This document shows, piece by piece, positions 13,867-28,469 of a stretch of 64,000 bases of DNA. Positions within the stretch are counted from its first letter, which is position 1. Each line of letters starts with the position of its first letter. The translations under genes and the position numbers were made by a program. The stretch comes from Cercozoa sp. M6MM (lineage: Eukaryota > Protista > Endomyxa: Ascetosporea), in assembly GCA_040357565.1 (NCBI GenBank), contig JBDODJ010000053.1. One strand, given 5' to 3'. Under the pieces are notes generated by a model, which was given only the letters and a program-made list of their open reading frames with translations, was not told the origin of the DNA and searched no databases.

Positions 13867-14636
13867 TGCGAGCGCTTTGTGCTTATCGCATTGCTTCGCT
13901 TGCTTGGGGGGCTTTCAGTCGGTCACGCGAAGTTCCGCGCGTCCGGTCAGGTCGCCAAAATTGAATTTCTAAACGTATACTAAGTTACTTCCATAGTTTC
14001 TGTACATTCGACTGTCCTGTCAGCGAGTAGTCAGTGGAACAGATCTTGCTCCTTCACCCATTCCACTTCGATCTGCGGGTTTTGACGTAAAATGAGCTTA
14101 AAGTACTTGCCTGCAGGGCAAACTACAGAACACATGCTCTTGCCAGCCAGCTCAACATTCTTAAGGCAAGGAGAAGACTTACAAGCTCCCCAATTCAGCG
14201 CGATGACCTATCTTGGTGGCGGCGTCGCTGGCGGCGGCAGCTCGAGCGTTTGCAGAGGAGTCGACAATACCACTGCGGAGTCAACGGGGGTTCAAAGCTC
14301 GCTCACGGGCTGCGAATGTCGCCGTCGCGTTGCAACGACGGAGACAAGGAAGCTCACCCGCGAACATGAACGTCATCACTCGTCTCTAGTCTGTTGCTAC
14401 CGTACGCTTTTTGTATAAAATTTAGTGTTGTGGAAAAGTTGGTCGTTTCTGGCCAGCTCTGTTCACCGAGTCGCTCAATGACACAGTTTGGAATCTCAAT
14501 TGTACGCGCGACGGAACAGGCCATATATCGATGGAGAGAAATCACACAATTCTGTACAGTAGGAGCGGCAACTAGTTTGTTCGACACGTACAACGATGCC
14601 GACGCTGGGCCGTTTCGACAGTGTACACGTTCAGTT

Positions 14637-16341
14637 TTACTGGCCGGCAAGCTTGGCCTCGAGCTCGGCGATCTTGGCCTGCGCCGCGGCGAGCTCCTCC
14701 TCGAGCTGCTCGTACGACTTCTTGGCCACGAAGGTAGCGGCGGCTGCACCCATAAATAAAGGATGCATATAAATCATACATACAGCACACAAAAGAAGGC
14801 AACACACCCGAGGCACCAGCGCCGTCGGTGCGCTTCTCCGGGTCGAGCGAGGTCTTGATGACCTCCTTGCTGGCACCGCCAAAGTACTCCTCGGCCGTCA
14901 TCGACGGCACGCCAGCGTACGTGTCCGGGAAGATGTCGTCCTGGAAGATATCGGCACCCGTCTTGCGCGGCACGCGCATCGACACCGGGGCCACCGTGTC
15001 GCGCGTGAGGCGCAGGAAGCGCGCGATCTCGCAGTGCGTCGTGTCGCAGGCGCGCTTGGGGATCCACGTGAGGCCCTTCTGCGGCGTGCTCGAGCGGAAG
15101 TTCGCCAGGTGGTACACGCCCGTCGAGTCGACCTCAAAGTAGCGGATGTCACCGCCACCCTTACCGGCCAGGTAGAGGATCGACAGGTCGTTGTCGTAGA
15201 ACGGCAGCAGCACCGACGCCGACTGATCGAGGTCGACCGTGCGCACCGGACCTGCATGAGCAAGCAGACACATCAACAAGCAGACATAGATAGGACTATG
15301 TAGGGGTGAGGACGAAGGTACCGCCCGAGAGGTTGCGCGGGTCCCAGAACTTGATGCGACGCTGCGAGGTGCGCGTGAAGCCGACGGCACCCACGAGGTT
15401 CTGGGCGCCGCAGTGGAAGACGCGCGCTGACTTGGTGCCCGAGAACGAGTCGGCGATCTGCACGGCCTCGGCCTGACGCGGGTCGTACAGACGCACCTTC
15501 TTGTCCTTGCACGACGCAAAGATCTGCGAGCCGTCGTCTGAGAACTCGTAGGACTGGATCATGTCGCCAAAGTCGCCGTACGACAGCATCTCGGCCTGCT
15601 TCTCGATGTCCCACAGCTTGATCGTGCGGTCGAACGACGCCGACGACAGCACCGAGTTGGCCGTCGGGTTGAACTTCACGAACATCACCTTCTTCGTGTG
15701 GCCCTTGCACGTCACCGCAGCCTCCGTCACGTGCTCCGTGAGGCCGGCTGTCGAACACGCACACACACCCAAACATAACATACAGTGCAAGGACAAGGAC
15801 ATCGACACAGAGGAGGAAGTACTCGACGGGAACTGCGAGACCTTGACGGCGCAGTCCTCACCACCGGTGGCGATCATGTTGCCAATGAACGGGTGGAACG
15901 CCATGTCGAGCACCTTGGCGCGGTGCACGTTGAGCGTCGGGTGGTTGATCGACAGGCGGCCCGGCTGGTCGAATCGCTGGATGATCACGGGACCACCGCC
16001 ACCCTGCTTGGCCACGGCGAAGAACTCCGTGTTGGCGGCAATGTACGTGCCCTCACCGACCGTCGAGGCCTTGATGTCCGTGTAGCATTGCTCCGTCTGC
16101 ACAGAAATCACACAATAAAGTGCGACCACACAACAGATCGAGCGTTTTGACTCACCTTGTACTCCTCGCCAAAGACGTGGCGGAACTTGGACGCGCGAAC
16201 AAAGCTGCACACAGGAAAACATACACACACACGTGAGTCGAGCAAACGCAGAGACACGGCACAAAAAAGTATCCGTGGGTCAAAGGCGAAAACTGACAAA
16301 CAGCATCGCGGCCAATGGAGGGCTCATTACCTGCCGGACAT
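14637..16341 (-). CDS. Coronin (short, WD40 beta-propeller plus C-terminal coiled coil)
   Basis: MSGS|FVRASKFRHVFGE, HPFIGNMIATGGEDC, GHTKKV, LPFYDNDLSILYLAGKGGGDIRYFE, VPRKTGADIFQDDIFPDT, coil SYEQLEEELAAAQAKIAELEAKLAGQ*. Confidence 0.95.
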
Positions 16342-16767
16342 GTTCTATAAGATGTGCTGTGCTAACTGTGCAGTGGAGTGGCACAGAAGACGTGTTTTGG
16401 GGTCTCCGGAGGGTCGAGAGAGCAGACGCGCGTGCAGGTCAAATGGACGGATCTGTACGTGTGCCAGTAGGTTTTAATCTTTTGTCCATTTGTACTTGGA
16501 ATGTTCACTTTGTGCGAGAGGCTTGCTGGCAATTACTGCTGTCACAGAGTGCAAACGTGACCTAGTACCAATAGGTAATCATCTGCATACGAATAATTCC
16601 GTTTTGGCCTGCGAAACCGTGCGCTCACTTTTTGCATCTCGATTTTGTTGACCACCTCGGGGTTGAGGGCTTTGGTTGTCGGTTGTCGGTTGTGGCATGT
16701 CAACCTGTAGTGTAGGTGGAAAGTAGCAGCATAGCAAGCAAGTGTTTTTAAAGCAACGGAATTGCGG

Positions 16768-18819
16768 ATGCGTGGCAACGGCGTTGTTGGAATTCTCCGC
16801 GAGGTGCTTGTTTTTCCAATGTTCTGTGCTGTGCACTACACAATCGTGTTTTGTTGTGATGACACAGGTGAAGAACAAGTGGGAACGCCGCGTTCCACTC
16901 GTTCCCAGCGACGTGAAAAAGTTGGTACACTGGCTACGAGTTTCCTCGTTAGGTGTGTGTGTGTGTGTTGCTGTGTGATGGTTCATTGTGCTGGTGCAGG
17001 TGGAAAAGGGTCTGCAAGTGCTCGTGCAACCGTCACCGAACCGCGTTTTCTCGTAACTTGTCCTCACAGTCTGGCTCTTGTTCACATCAAGCGATTGTTT
17101 GCTTGGGTGTCTCTGGCTAACAGGGACGATGAGTACGCCAGTGCCGGCGCCGTGCTGACCGATGACTTGTCCAAGGTGAGAACTTGCTGTACGCCTGTCT
17201 ATGTAGCTTCGATGTTAGTGTGTTTGTGTGAACAGGCTGGTACGATTCTCGGTGTGAAGGAGTTCCCGCACACGTCGCTGCAGTCCGACAAGGCCTACGT
17301 ACACATTGCTTTGCTCACATTGCTTTGCTCTATCTGGTCGTCTTTATGTTGTGTGAACTTAGATGATCTTCTCGCACACGATCAAGGCGCAGCCGGTACC
17401 TTTCTCTGTCTGACTGTGCTGCGCTCTTGTTTGCTGTAACTGTTTTGTTTCGTTTGCAGGAGAACATGCCCTTCTTAGACGAGTGTCTGCAGAAGAATGT
17501 TTCGTTGCTGGACTACGGTAGCCATTTCCGACTTGTTGTATGTACATCTGTATGTACATTTGTTGATGAACACAGAGAAGATTGCGAATGACGAAGGTCA
17601 TCGGCTCGTCGCTTTTGGTATCTGTCCGCAGTGATTGTTGTACTGTCTCGTGTATGTCTGTGATGATTGCAGGCGAGTACGCCGGTCTGGCTGGCATGGT
17701 CGACGGTCTGCGAGGTGCTTCCTCTGCTTGTCTCCCTCTCTGTAGGGGTATGTGTCTCCTGTATAGGACTGGGTGAGCACCTGCTGTCTCGAGGATTCTC
17801 GACGCCCCTCCTGCAGGTGGGCAGCACCTTTATGTACGACGGTCTCGACGACTGCGAGGGGTACACAGAATCTTCCTTTGCCTTTGTGTCGGTGTACCTG
17901 ATGCCACTACCCCCTCTGCAGACGCCTGAAGGAGGTGGGCCAGGCGATTGCCAAGAAGGGTCTGCCCAAGCAGCTGCCGCCACTTGTGTTTGCTTTCACT
18001 GGACGGTGCTTTCACTCATCCCGTGTCTATGTGTTCCTGTGTCTATCTATTCGGTATGTTGCTGTGTTGTTTGGACAGTGGACGCGTGTACAATGGTGCA
18101 CGCCAGATTCTGAACCACCTGCCGGTCAAGACACTGTCCTACGATGAGGTAGCTTCCTTGTGCACTTGCACTTGCACTGATGTGTTGTATCTCTGTTTAT
18201 AATGAATGTGGGACCCAGCTGACGCAATTGCGCGCACAAGAGAAGAACGGTACTTTACCGGAGGACTACAACAAATGGGTATCCTCTCTGTTTCTGTGTG
18301 GCTGGTCTCTAATTCACCGTATGCTTACACCCATGTTTGCACACAGGTGTACGCCATCGATCTGACTGTCGATGATCTCGTCGCTCACAAGAACGACTCT
18401 GACCGGTAGCGCTGTTCCCTCCACAGTGTCTCGTGCCCCTTAGTGAACACATGTGTGTTGTTGCAGTGTGGACATGCAGCACTACATTGCGCACCCGGAC
18501 GAGTACGCTGCCTTTCCATTGCATGTGTTCTGTAATCTAGTGTGGCTGTGGTTGTTGGGCAGGTATGAGCCAGTGTTCCATCAGAAGATTGCGCCGCACA
18601 TCAACGTGGTATCTGTTGTTTGTATCAAGGAAGAGTGTATCAAAGGTAGTACATGTCGCTGTTGTAGCTGGTTAACGGAATGTACTGGGAGCCCAAGTTC
18701 CCGCGGTACAAGACTTGTCCTAACCCAACACTATGTCGACATGCTACCTTATCTTGTGCCACCTCAGACTGTTGAGCAAGGAGCAGATGCACGACTTGCA
18801 CGAGTAGCCTTCTGTCTCT

Positions 18820-18869
<50 letters not shown>

Positions 18870-18879
18870 NNNNNNNNNN

Positions 18880-18931
<52 letters not shown>

Positions 18932-21914
18932 GTGTGTGCGTGTGTGTATGTGCACCTTGTTCTCTGTCCAAGCAGACAGGGCCACGCACTCGACATGGTG
19001 GTCGACATCACGTGCGACATCGAAGGCTCGGTGGAGGCGCTGTCGCACAGCACGCAGATCGAGGCGCCTTTCTTCACCTACAATCCGGCCACCGGCAAGG
19101 AGAGCGCCGGCGTCACCGGCAAGGGCACCTGCTTCCTGGCAGGTGGGTATGCAGATACGGCCTGTCGTATCCCCAGAGAGAGGTGATTGTGCACATGCTA
19201 TGCTTGGGCAGTGGACAACCTGCCGACCGAGCTGCCGAAGGAAGCGTCCGAGTCCTTCTCCAATGCGCTGACGCCGCTTGTTCCGGGTACATTTGGACCG
19301 TGTGTTTGGACTGTGCATTTGGACTGTACATTTGGGACAGGACTGGCCCAGTGGCAGCTGTCGCCGGAACTCTCCAAGGCGCTGATCACGCACGAGAATG
19401 CGCTGACCGACGACTTTGACTACATCACCGAGTTGCGCAAGCACGTCAAGGCCACGCCGGTCTTCCTGCCGTCCACTCGGTACCGGTTGTACCTCTGTGT
19501 TGTACTTGTCCCAATGTACATTTGTACTGCGACAGACGCGTGGTCGTCCTGGGCTCTGGTATGGTGTCGGCCCCTCTGATCGAGTACCTGCGAGGTGAGC
19601 ACTACGACGTGACCATTGTGTCCGACGATGTCGATGCGCGCAAGCTGCTCGCCAAACGGTAGTCTTTCTTCTCTCTCTGCCTTGTGTAGTTCGACTGTGT
19701 ATGTGTACCTTTTGAGCACAGGTACGGCTGCTCGCAGGTGCATCTGCGAGTTGGCACCGACGACAAGCTGTTGCAGAAGGTAGTGTGGCCATGTGTATCT
19801 GTATAGATAAGGCGTGTGTATGTTGTGCAACAGTTGGTACGAGAGCACGATGCAGTGGTGTCGTTGCTGCCTGCGACGGCTCATGTGGTACCTTCTTGCC
19901 CCCTCCCAGGTGCCCTCTTTACTCTTTTGGTGTTGCACAGGAGGTCGCCAAGAAGTGTGTCGAGAACAAGCGGCACCTCATTACGGTAGACTACTTGTGT
20001 GCGTGTTCTCACACTTACCTCCCGTATGGTCTTGTTGTTCCACAGGCCTCATACGTGTCGGACGGCATGCAAGGTCTGCATGAGCAAGCCCAGGCACAAG
20101 GCATTGCCCTCATCAACGAGGTCGGCTTGGACCCTGGTACGTCGGCCCTTGTGCGTGCGTGTGTGTGTGTGTTGCATTGTCGTTGTGGCGATGCAGGACT
20201 GGACCACATGTCGGCCCAGCAGGTGATCGACCACGTCAAGATGCAAGGCGGCCGTGTGCTCTCGTTCGAGTCGCTCTGCGGCGGTCTGCCGGCGCCGGCC
20301 TTTTCCGACAATGCCTTGCAGTATGTCTCGGCTTTGCTGTCTGTTGTCTGTACTGATTTGGGTGCTGTGCTTTGACAGGTACAAGTTCAGTTGGAGTCCG
20401 CGTGGTACTTTCAATGCATGTGACCGTTTAGGCGCTGGTTGCTACACACCTTTTTGCTTAGGTGTGCTGACTGCTGCCACCAACGCTGCACAGTTCCTGC
20501 GGTACCCTTGCATTTTGTATTCACGTCTCTAGGTGGGTACCCATACATGTGTATGTGCGCAGACAAGGACAGGTGCTTCAAGTGCCCGGCAGTGACTTGC
20601 TGTCGCACGCAACGCCCATCACTATTGGTACTCTTCTTGCGAATGTGTGTGTGAGTGTACCTGTCTGAATTATCTATTGACGACGACAAACGCTACCATA
20701 TGTAGGCGGCATGAAGTTGGAACACATCCCAAACCGCAACTCTCTGCCCTACGGTACCAAGTCACTTGCAATTGTGGTCAGTGCGAACATGCGTTTCTGC
20801 AGGCAAGGTGTACGGCATCGAGGATGCGCACACTGTGTTCCGTGGTAACTAGTCTTGCTTTCATGTGAAAGTAGCAAACGTAGTGTCTACTTTAACAGGC
20901 ACGCTGCGCTACGAGGGCACCTGTCGCCTGATGCACGCGTTTGCCAAGTGTCAGTTGCTGTCGCAAGAGTCGCTGCCGGAGGTTCATCTCTTTTTTTTTG
21001 TGTTAGTTACGAGGTGGTTTCATTAATGGGTGTTTCAAAGGGCACGACTTGGCGCGAGTTCCTGTCCAAGCAGAACGTTGATGAAGTCGCCAAGGAGGTA
21101 CCTTGTTCTCACACACGTGCTTTCCGCGTTTGTTATTTGTTCGCTTTGTAGGCGTTGGACTCCTTCGGTGTCTGGGACAGCGACCTGGTGTGTTTGTTTG
21201 TAACACATATATGTGTACCCTATGGGGTCTGCCGAGCAGGAGATGACGGAGACGCCGCTGGACTCGTTGTGCGCTGTGCTGTTGCAGCAGCTCGCCTATG
21301 CGCCTGGTATGTCACTAACTTGTATCCGCGCGGATGCTGTGTTGGCACTCTTGAATAACATCGCTGCAGGTGAGGAGGACATGTGCGTCATGCAGCATCG
21401 TTTCGAGGTCGAGGACAAGGCCGGCCAGAAGTCTCTCATCACGTCGTCTCTCGTGCACACTGGTGCCTTCGGAAACCCACCACATTTTCACTTTTAAAGA
21501 GTGTGGCAGACTTCTCTGTTCGCAGGTGTTGTCGGTGACATCGAGAAGCACTCTTCCATGGCTCTGACGGTACCTTTGCATGTGCCTACTGGTCTGTCTT
21601 GTGTACCGGTATTTGTCGACAGGTCGGCATGCCAACGGCAATCGCGACGGACCTCTTGTTGAAGGAGTGCATGTCTCGCCGGTATCCCGTGTTTTCGTTT
21701 TGCCTTTCTTATGGGTCCTGGGGGCGCATGCTAAACCTATATGGGTGCGCGTTTAGTGGTGTGGTGCTGCCGAACCGTGCTGACCTGTACGAGCCCATTC
21801 TCGGACGCATGGCCGCTGCTGGTACCTACGTCTTAGGATAAAGACGTTGGGTACGTTTCGATATTTGTGTTTTTTGCAGGTGTCGAGTTCCAGGAGGAAG
21901 TGCATGCATTGTAA
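16768..21914 (+). CDS. AASS: Bifunctional lysine-ketoglutarate reductase/saccharopine dehydrogenase, spliced
   Basis: MRGNGVVGILRE|VKNKWERRVPLVP, FSHTIKAQP, LLDYEKI, RLVAFGEYAGLAGM, DITCDIEGSVE, AVDNLPTELPKEAS; SDH half VVVLGSGMVS, NEVGLDPGLDHM, CGGLPAP, YKFSWSPRG, GTLRYEG, SMALTVGMPTAIA. A further upstream exon is possible. Confidence 0.95.
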
Positions 21915-22619
21915 CCACGCTCACGGTAACGTAAGACGACGCAAAGAATTCAAGATTCGATTTATTTTGCGTTGAGCTAACGAAGTAACGTCTCGTCACG
22001 TCAGCGCAGTGTTCCGCAGTTATACAATGAACTGTGAATTAACAAAAATCCATGGGAGGCATAGTCGCAATTAACGCGTACATGGAAATTTGAGTATGGC
22101 TCACCCCCTCATAAATTTCGAATTCGGTGCAGCCCGAAGGCTTGCTGAGGGCAATTGAAAAGAACAGCCCAAGCACTATCACGGCAGAACGTATCAAGTG
22201 CGAAGGGACAAGAGCTCCGTAGAAGGAAGCTGGAGAAGAGATACCTGCAGTCAAAGTGCGTGAGCTGTAGAAAGCTTGACCCAAGCTAGGAAGTCAGGTC
22301 TGCACAACACTGGGCAATGCAAGGTAGAAGCCTCAGGATGTAATGCAGGAGATACCCGACCTACGCGAGCGAAACAAATCCTTCACTAACCATACTGGTT
22401 CAGATTTGATCGTCCGCGCTGACTGTTTGACGAGAAACGCTATGCCGTAACAACTATCGTACATACTTGGTTTCCTAGAAGACTCAACTAACTAACTCGA
22501 CTAGCGTAGGCTTGCCTACTGAAGCGAGGTAAGGTGGACGCGAAACCACTACATGCGCATTGGATTTCCACGACCGGACGGCCCTGCACAGGCATGTTTG
22601 CGTTGCTACGCTAGTGGAC

Positions 22620-23399
22620 TCAGTTGTTTTGATTCTTCTGTGAGACAGAGACTTCGGGAGTTTGAACGCCGACCATCGTGTGTGCATTCTCTCCAAACTG
22701 AATTCGCCCCAACAGTATAAGTTGAGAACATCTCCAGTGTAACCAAAGAAGAGTGTACGTGCGAGCGCAGCAACGAATGCCACTTCCACTGCAGGACGTG
22801 CGTGTTGTTGAATGAATCAGTGCCTGTCAGGTTTGCGCGCAGCCACTGGTACCTGCGAACACAGGTATCAGATTCGACACACATACATACGGTTAAAAGC
22901 AATGATACTGCTCGGACTTGGCCTTGATCGTTGCGTTTGTTCGCTCAGCACGCGCGGTGGCAAGAATGGTTTGAGCCTGTGGAATACACAAGGGCGCGTA
23001 AGCCACACAGCACAACAGCAAGGTAGGTACGCACCTGAGCAGAGTACTGCGTCTCAACGTTCTTGATTTCCGCATTGGCTTCTGCAGGCACAGGCGTTTA
23101 TACGGTACTTTAGTATAAGTGGGGGCACGTACCAGCATCGACAGTATCGATACGGCGACGCACGATGGCACTGCGGACAGCACAGTAGAGAGACGAAACT
23201 GTACGGATCAGAAAAGGTACGCAGCGTTTTCATTCGTGACGCGCTTGTTTGTCTCCGCCTAGGGCACGCATTCGGCATACACGCAAACGGGGCAAAAGTG
23301 CTTTGAGTGACATACCGTGACAAGCTTCTCGATCACCTTGTTCTCAACCGACGAGTCGAAACGCGCGTACACTGCAGCACGAGATACTCTCAGTTGTTT

Positions 23400-23449
<50 letters not shown>

Positions 23450-23459
23450 NNNNNNNNNN

Positions 23460-23509
<50 letters not shown>

Positions 23510-24660
23510 AGACACAGACACAGACACAGACACAGACACACAGCGTCAAAATAATCGCACCCGTGAGACCGACAAAGTCAGACCAGAGATTGTCCAGGAC
23601 ACGAGTGGCGGCAATGGACAGGTAGTCGTGCACGCAATCTCTGAATGGGATACACAGAGATTGGAGATGTGGCCTGTGTGTCTGTACAGACAGACCAGGT
23701 GTTACCGGTCTTGGAAGAAGACTTCGTACAGAGCAGTGCCATTGCTGCTGCCACTTCCTGTGTGCAACGAACGCTTGATACCTCGCATACTTTCCGTCGG
23801 ACACAAAGAAAAACAAACCAACGTCAGTGGTGCCAAAGCAGGCCAGCTTAAAGTCGTCTGAATCCAGCGAATTCTTGAACTCGGCCTGCAGTCGCGTCTC
23901 GATCTGCGTCGTGTGGGCAGGCAATGTCGGGTAGTTTTGGTACCTAACGCGTTGAGAATGATGGAAAGACAGAGAGCGTACAGAACAGGAATCTGTACAG
24001 GTCGTAAATCGTGTCCTTGCGCAGCTTGTACAGCACGTCCACTTCGACACTGTATGCGTACACATGCATGATTAATGAAGCGCACACAAGCAGGGCAGGG
24101 TACTCAATGACCGACTCTTGCAGGTACAGGTTCACCGCAGTGCTGTCGCACCCTGCAAAAATCAAACAAACATGTGCCAACAATGTCAGGGGTGGCAGCA
24201 GCGATAAGACAAGTATGTACCACCCGTGTTGCAGAAACGCAGAATCTGCACGGTGCGCGGGAACTTGATGAACTTGTGGTCTAAACGGCATCCAGACGTT
24301 AGCAGATACAAAAGGCAGGTACATATATGCCATCGAGTACCCACGCCAATAAAGTAGCGGCCATCAGTGTAGGTCTTGTTCTCGATGTTGACGCCAACAG
24401 AGTCATATTTGAGACCGTACTCAAGTGGGTCAATCGTGCGGAATGAGAATGCAATCAAGAAGATAGCAACAATCAGACCCACGCAAAAGAAACCGCCCTA
24501 CAAAGCGACAAACAGACCTAGACACGTCCACCAAGGAAAACGAGCGACAGAAAAATTACCAAAAATCTCTTTCCATTCTCGTTCCTGCCAGAAATACACA
24601 GGGGTTTGCATCATAAGTTCATGCACACCCGACATCTTCGTAGATCTTAACATCGTACAT
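22620..24660 (-). CDS. SPFH/Band-7-like membrane protein, spliced
   Basis: N-terminal TM segment then FSFRTIDPLEYGLKYDSVGVNIENKTYTDGRYFIGVDHKFIKFPRTVQ, EVDVLYKLRKDTIYDLY, and a C-terminal Ala-rich coiled region (AQTILATARAERTNATIKAKSE). Confidence 0.7.
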
Positions 24661-24937
24661 TCAATAAAGGAAACACCGTACATTATGATCGACGACAGCC
24701 AGCCTTTGAGCCAGAAAGCTTGCCTTGATGCAACAGATGACAGATGACCCAGAGCCTCTGCCCTTGGTTAATCAGTCAATAACTAGAGTCCGCCTGCCGT
24801 ACAGTGGAGCTTGTCTGCGGCAAATGCAGCTGAACGAGAGACGATCAATCATCCAAGTTCTCATGCACCCTTAACAAAAAAAGCAGATTCGTCAAGCCAT
24901 CTCAGGTGCAATCCACACAAGTGTGTGCATATTCTTG

Positions 24938-27900
24938 ATGCGTGTGGTAAAGGCCGGCTGGCTTGGCAAGGTAAACTATTCTTGTTTTCTGGAATCTGCG
25001 TTGGAGGCTGTTTCGGCCTGGTGCAAATCATGCACCAAAACAGGTGCACCCTCTGGCAATAGTCAGATATCTGGCCTGAACCCTTGTCATTTGTGTGGTC
25101 GCTTGTGCGTTACTGAAACTGAAAGGGCTGATTGGCTTTTTTTGCAGCGCGGCAAATTGCGCCGATCATGGCGCCGTCGGTATTCCTCGATTTACAAGTT
25201 CTCGATAAGGCGTCAGAACATGGGTTGAGTATTCCTGTGTTTCTGCCCGCAGCTGGTTCGAGCTTCGTGACGATGTGTCGCTGCAGTTCTTTTCCGATGC
25301 TACGAAATCGGTACATTTTTCAGTTCATTCCGAACGACGATTGCTCTCATATGCGGTGGCATTGGATTACGCCTCAGAGGCTACTCGGCACGCTGGACCT
25401 GAAAAACTGCCGGGCGTTGACCCCTGCCAAGGATGAGCAGGAAGCACAGCCGGTAATGCCTGAGCTTTTTTCGTGTCAGATTGATTGGTTTCAACCGATT
25501 CCTGCACAGCACGTGCTGCACGTGTGCACGACATCGCGCGAGTGGATTCTGGCCGCCGATTCTGAAGCCTCTCTTATGTACACATGTACCGCTGTGTGCT
25601 GATCGATGATGCTAAGCTGATTGATGTGCTCAGTGAGTGGAGGGACGCCATTGCAGAGCTAGTGGGTGGCGCTCGTCGTGTTTTACCGACAAACTACGGT
25701 ATTTTCTGCAGACATTATGATCGTACTGTGGGTACATCTTTGCGCTAACGTTTAACAGGTGTGCTTCGCAAGCGAGGCGCTGTCAACAACGCCTGGCGCA
25801 CGCGTCGGTGCGTCTGTTGCTGTCCTCGTGTTGCGCACTGAGTGTCTGGTTGTCCAATGAGTGCAGGTTCGTGCTGGCACACGGTTTCTTGCATTACTTC
25901 GCCGACAGCGTAACTTTCTCCAAACGATCTTAACTGCCCAAAGTGTCAGATTAACGTTGCTTGTTGATGTGGCAGACGACGCGCGACATGGTCGTAGAAT
26001 CCGTGTTCTTTGACGCCGAGACGTTCAAGGTCTGTTTTATGCTCGAGTTGTTCTGCCACGTGATTGCCCTGCTGGTAGACGACGTTTTTGGCCAACGTCC
26101 GTGGTTCCATGGCGCTTGCTGAAGCCACCGTCGACACTGACTCTGAGGTGAGTGCTGCCCTGTTGCCGTTTGCACACCTTTGCATGTGTGTATTTCCTTT
26201 TGTAGGATGTGGAAGACCCGGAAACCGACTTCTGCTTGCGCACCGAGAAGCGCGTGTACCTTTGTTATTCGCTCATCTATCTAAACTTGTACCGTGTGCG
26301 CGATTAGCTACTACTTGCGTGCGAAAGACAAGGTTCAGCGAGAAGAGGTGCGCAAGAGCACTCTTTCTTTTTCATGCTGCAGGTTCACCCTTGTGTTTTG
26401 TCTGACAGTGGATTCGAATTCTTCACAAAGCTGTGCGCATTGCTACATACAACAAGGTGCGTTTTTGTCGATTTTTTTTGAGTCTTTCCTGCGTACTAGT
26501 AATTCATTGATGCAGAGAGGCGAAACGCCACCCGAGGAAGGTACTGTGGTCGCGCCAGGTGCAGTCTTTTGGTGTTACATGTGCGCGTGGTATAGCCGAT
26601 GTTGAGGTTGACATGGACGCGCTGCCACGGTCGCCAAAAGGACCACGTACGCTGCACACATAGCTGTGTTTTACTGGTATGCATATGTCTGTGCTTTTTG
26701 CAGGTCCAGCAGCGATGCGTACGCGCATGTCACTCGTGCACCTCGAGTTGCTTGATGACGACACACGACGTGTCGTTGTACTTTCTCTTTGTCACCTTTG
26801 ATTGGAACGGACCGAGTTAGATGCACGCAATACCTAGAACAAAATACGCGCTCGTGAGCAAATGCGACGCGCCGCCTCTGCTGCCGTACCCTTGGTTTTG
26901 TCACTCGGTTTCTTGCTGAACTAATTATCACATAGGCGGTGGCGGCCGACCTGACTCTCAGCAACATTGCCGAGGCAGAGGTACTCCTTGCTGCGCGTGC
27001 GTCTATGTGTGTGTGTATGTGTATGCACACTGCTGTTAAGGAGAAGGAAGACGAAGAGAGCGACGAGGAGGAGGTCGAGGAGGTCGAGCAGACCGCTGTC
27101 GACGCGACGCAGGGCAGCGAGATGGTGGATGAGAGCAATGTTGAGGTAGCGCGAAACCTCTTTTTGACAGCATTTGTGCAACTGTCGCGTTGTAGAAGCA
27201 GGATGTGAAACAGGACGTGCCCACTCTTGATGTACGATAGCAGTTCTTCGTCACTTCTTGTGTCAAGTGTAATGTGCATTTTGTTCTGTGCAGGAGAATG
27301 ACAATATTGACGACAGCAATGACGACGAGGACATTGACAGTGACAGGCACCACGAAGAGGATCAGGACAAGAGTGACAGCGCCAATGGCGACAACGAGGA
27401 GGATCAATCTAAGAGTAACGATCAGGACAAGACTGGCCTCGAGGAAGAGAACGATGCGAAAGAAGGCGAAGAAGATGTGAGCGCCGGCACTGCGCAGGTA
27501 TGCCGCTGCTGACATTTGCCTTATTGTACCGATTTCAATGCGAAACGAGTTATGCTTGCAGGACGAGGAAGCCGGCGGAGACGAAGACCGAAAGCAGCGC
27601 AAACAACGACTGATGCAGGAAATGATGTCACTCGCTGGCGTCAATCCTGTCGCCGCCGCTGGTACACATTTCATCCACTTCTTTAGGTCGTTTTTGGTGT
27701 GTACGCGCTTGCACCCTGTTGTCCCGCCAGGCACGCGCGCTCGAAAGAAGTCATCGACTTACGACCCTACTCTTGCTTCCAAGTACCTTCCTCATTGCCT
27801 TTGTTTTCATCCATCAGTGCATGCTTCTGGTTGAACAGACGGCGCGAACTGCAGAAGCAACGACAGGAGGAGCAGGAAATCGCTCTGCGCGAGTTTATTC

Positions 27901-28469
27901 GAGTACAGTTTGGTGTCACGTTCGACGCGTGAAATGTGCATGTGTGACTTCCCTTGCAGAACACGAGCCAAGGCGTCGCCTTTGTTAAACATGGCAAGCG
28001 CGGCAAGCCGCACAAGCGCATTGTGACGCTCGACATGCAGAACGAGAGAATCACATGGGGCGACGATCCCGAGAAGTCGCTGCCGCTGCTCGACGTTCGA
28101 TCGGTTCAGGTAATAGTGTCTGCTTCTACTTCGTATTTTGTCACATTTTTGAGCTTGGCAGGTGGGCAAAAAGACGGAAGTGTTCAAGCGGTCTGTCGCT
28201 TCTTTGGTATGTTTTTTACCGCGACTCTGCTCGCACCAAATGCATGCATGCACTTCTTGCCTTCTGAAGGTTCCGGCGAATTGCTGTTTCTCTCTTATGG
28301 GCGAACGTCGCACACTCGATCTCCAGGTGTGTGTGCCTATCGCTCGCGACTCAATCATTGTCTTATGACTTCGCTTTTTTAGGCCGTCAACGCCGAGACG
28401 GCGGAACAATGGGTCTCGCAACTCCGGCTACTCGTAAAACAAGTGCGTAGTGGCACTCACGCGCAGTAA
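24938..28469 (+). CDS. Multi-PH-domain protein (two N-terminal PH domains, acidic linker, C-terminal PLC-type PH), spliced
   Basis: MRVVKAGWLGK|RGKLRRSWRRRWFELR...REWILAADSE...WRDAI; second PH GVLRKRGAVNNAWRTRRFVL; D/E-rich linker; FVKHGKRGKPHKR...CFSLMGERRTLDLQA...AEQWVSQLR. Confidence 0.8.

Noticed and set aside
14030-14400. Possible small minus-strand gene between DIS3L2 and coronin (KYFKLILRQNPQIEVEWVKEQDLFH*)
   Set aside because: Could not build a consistent exon chain with a start codon, and there is no recognisable motif.
21950-22600. Possible TE remnant between AASS and the SPFH gene
   Set aside because: No TIR, LTR, coding motif or second copy identifiable.
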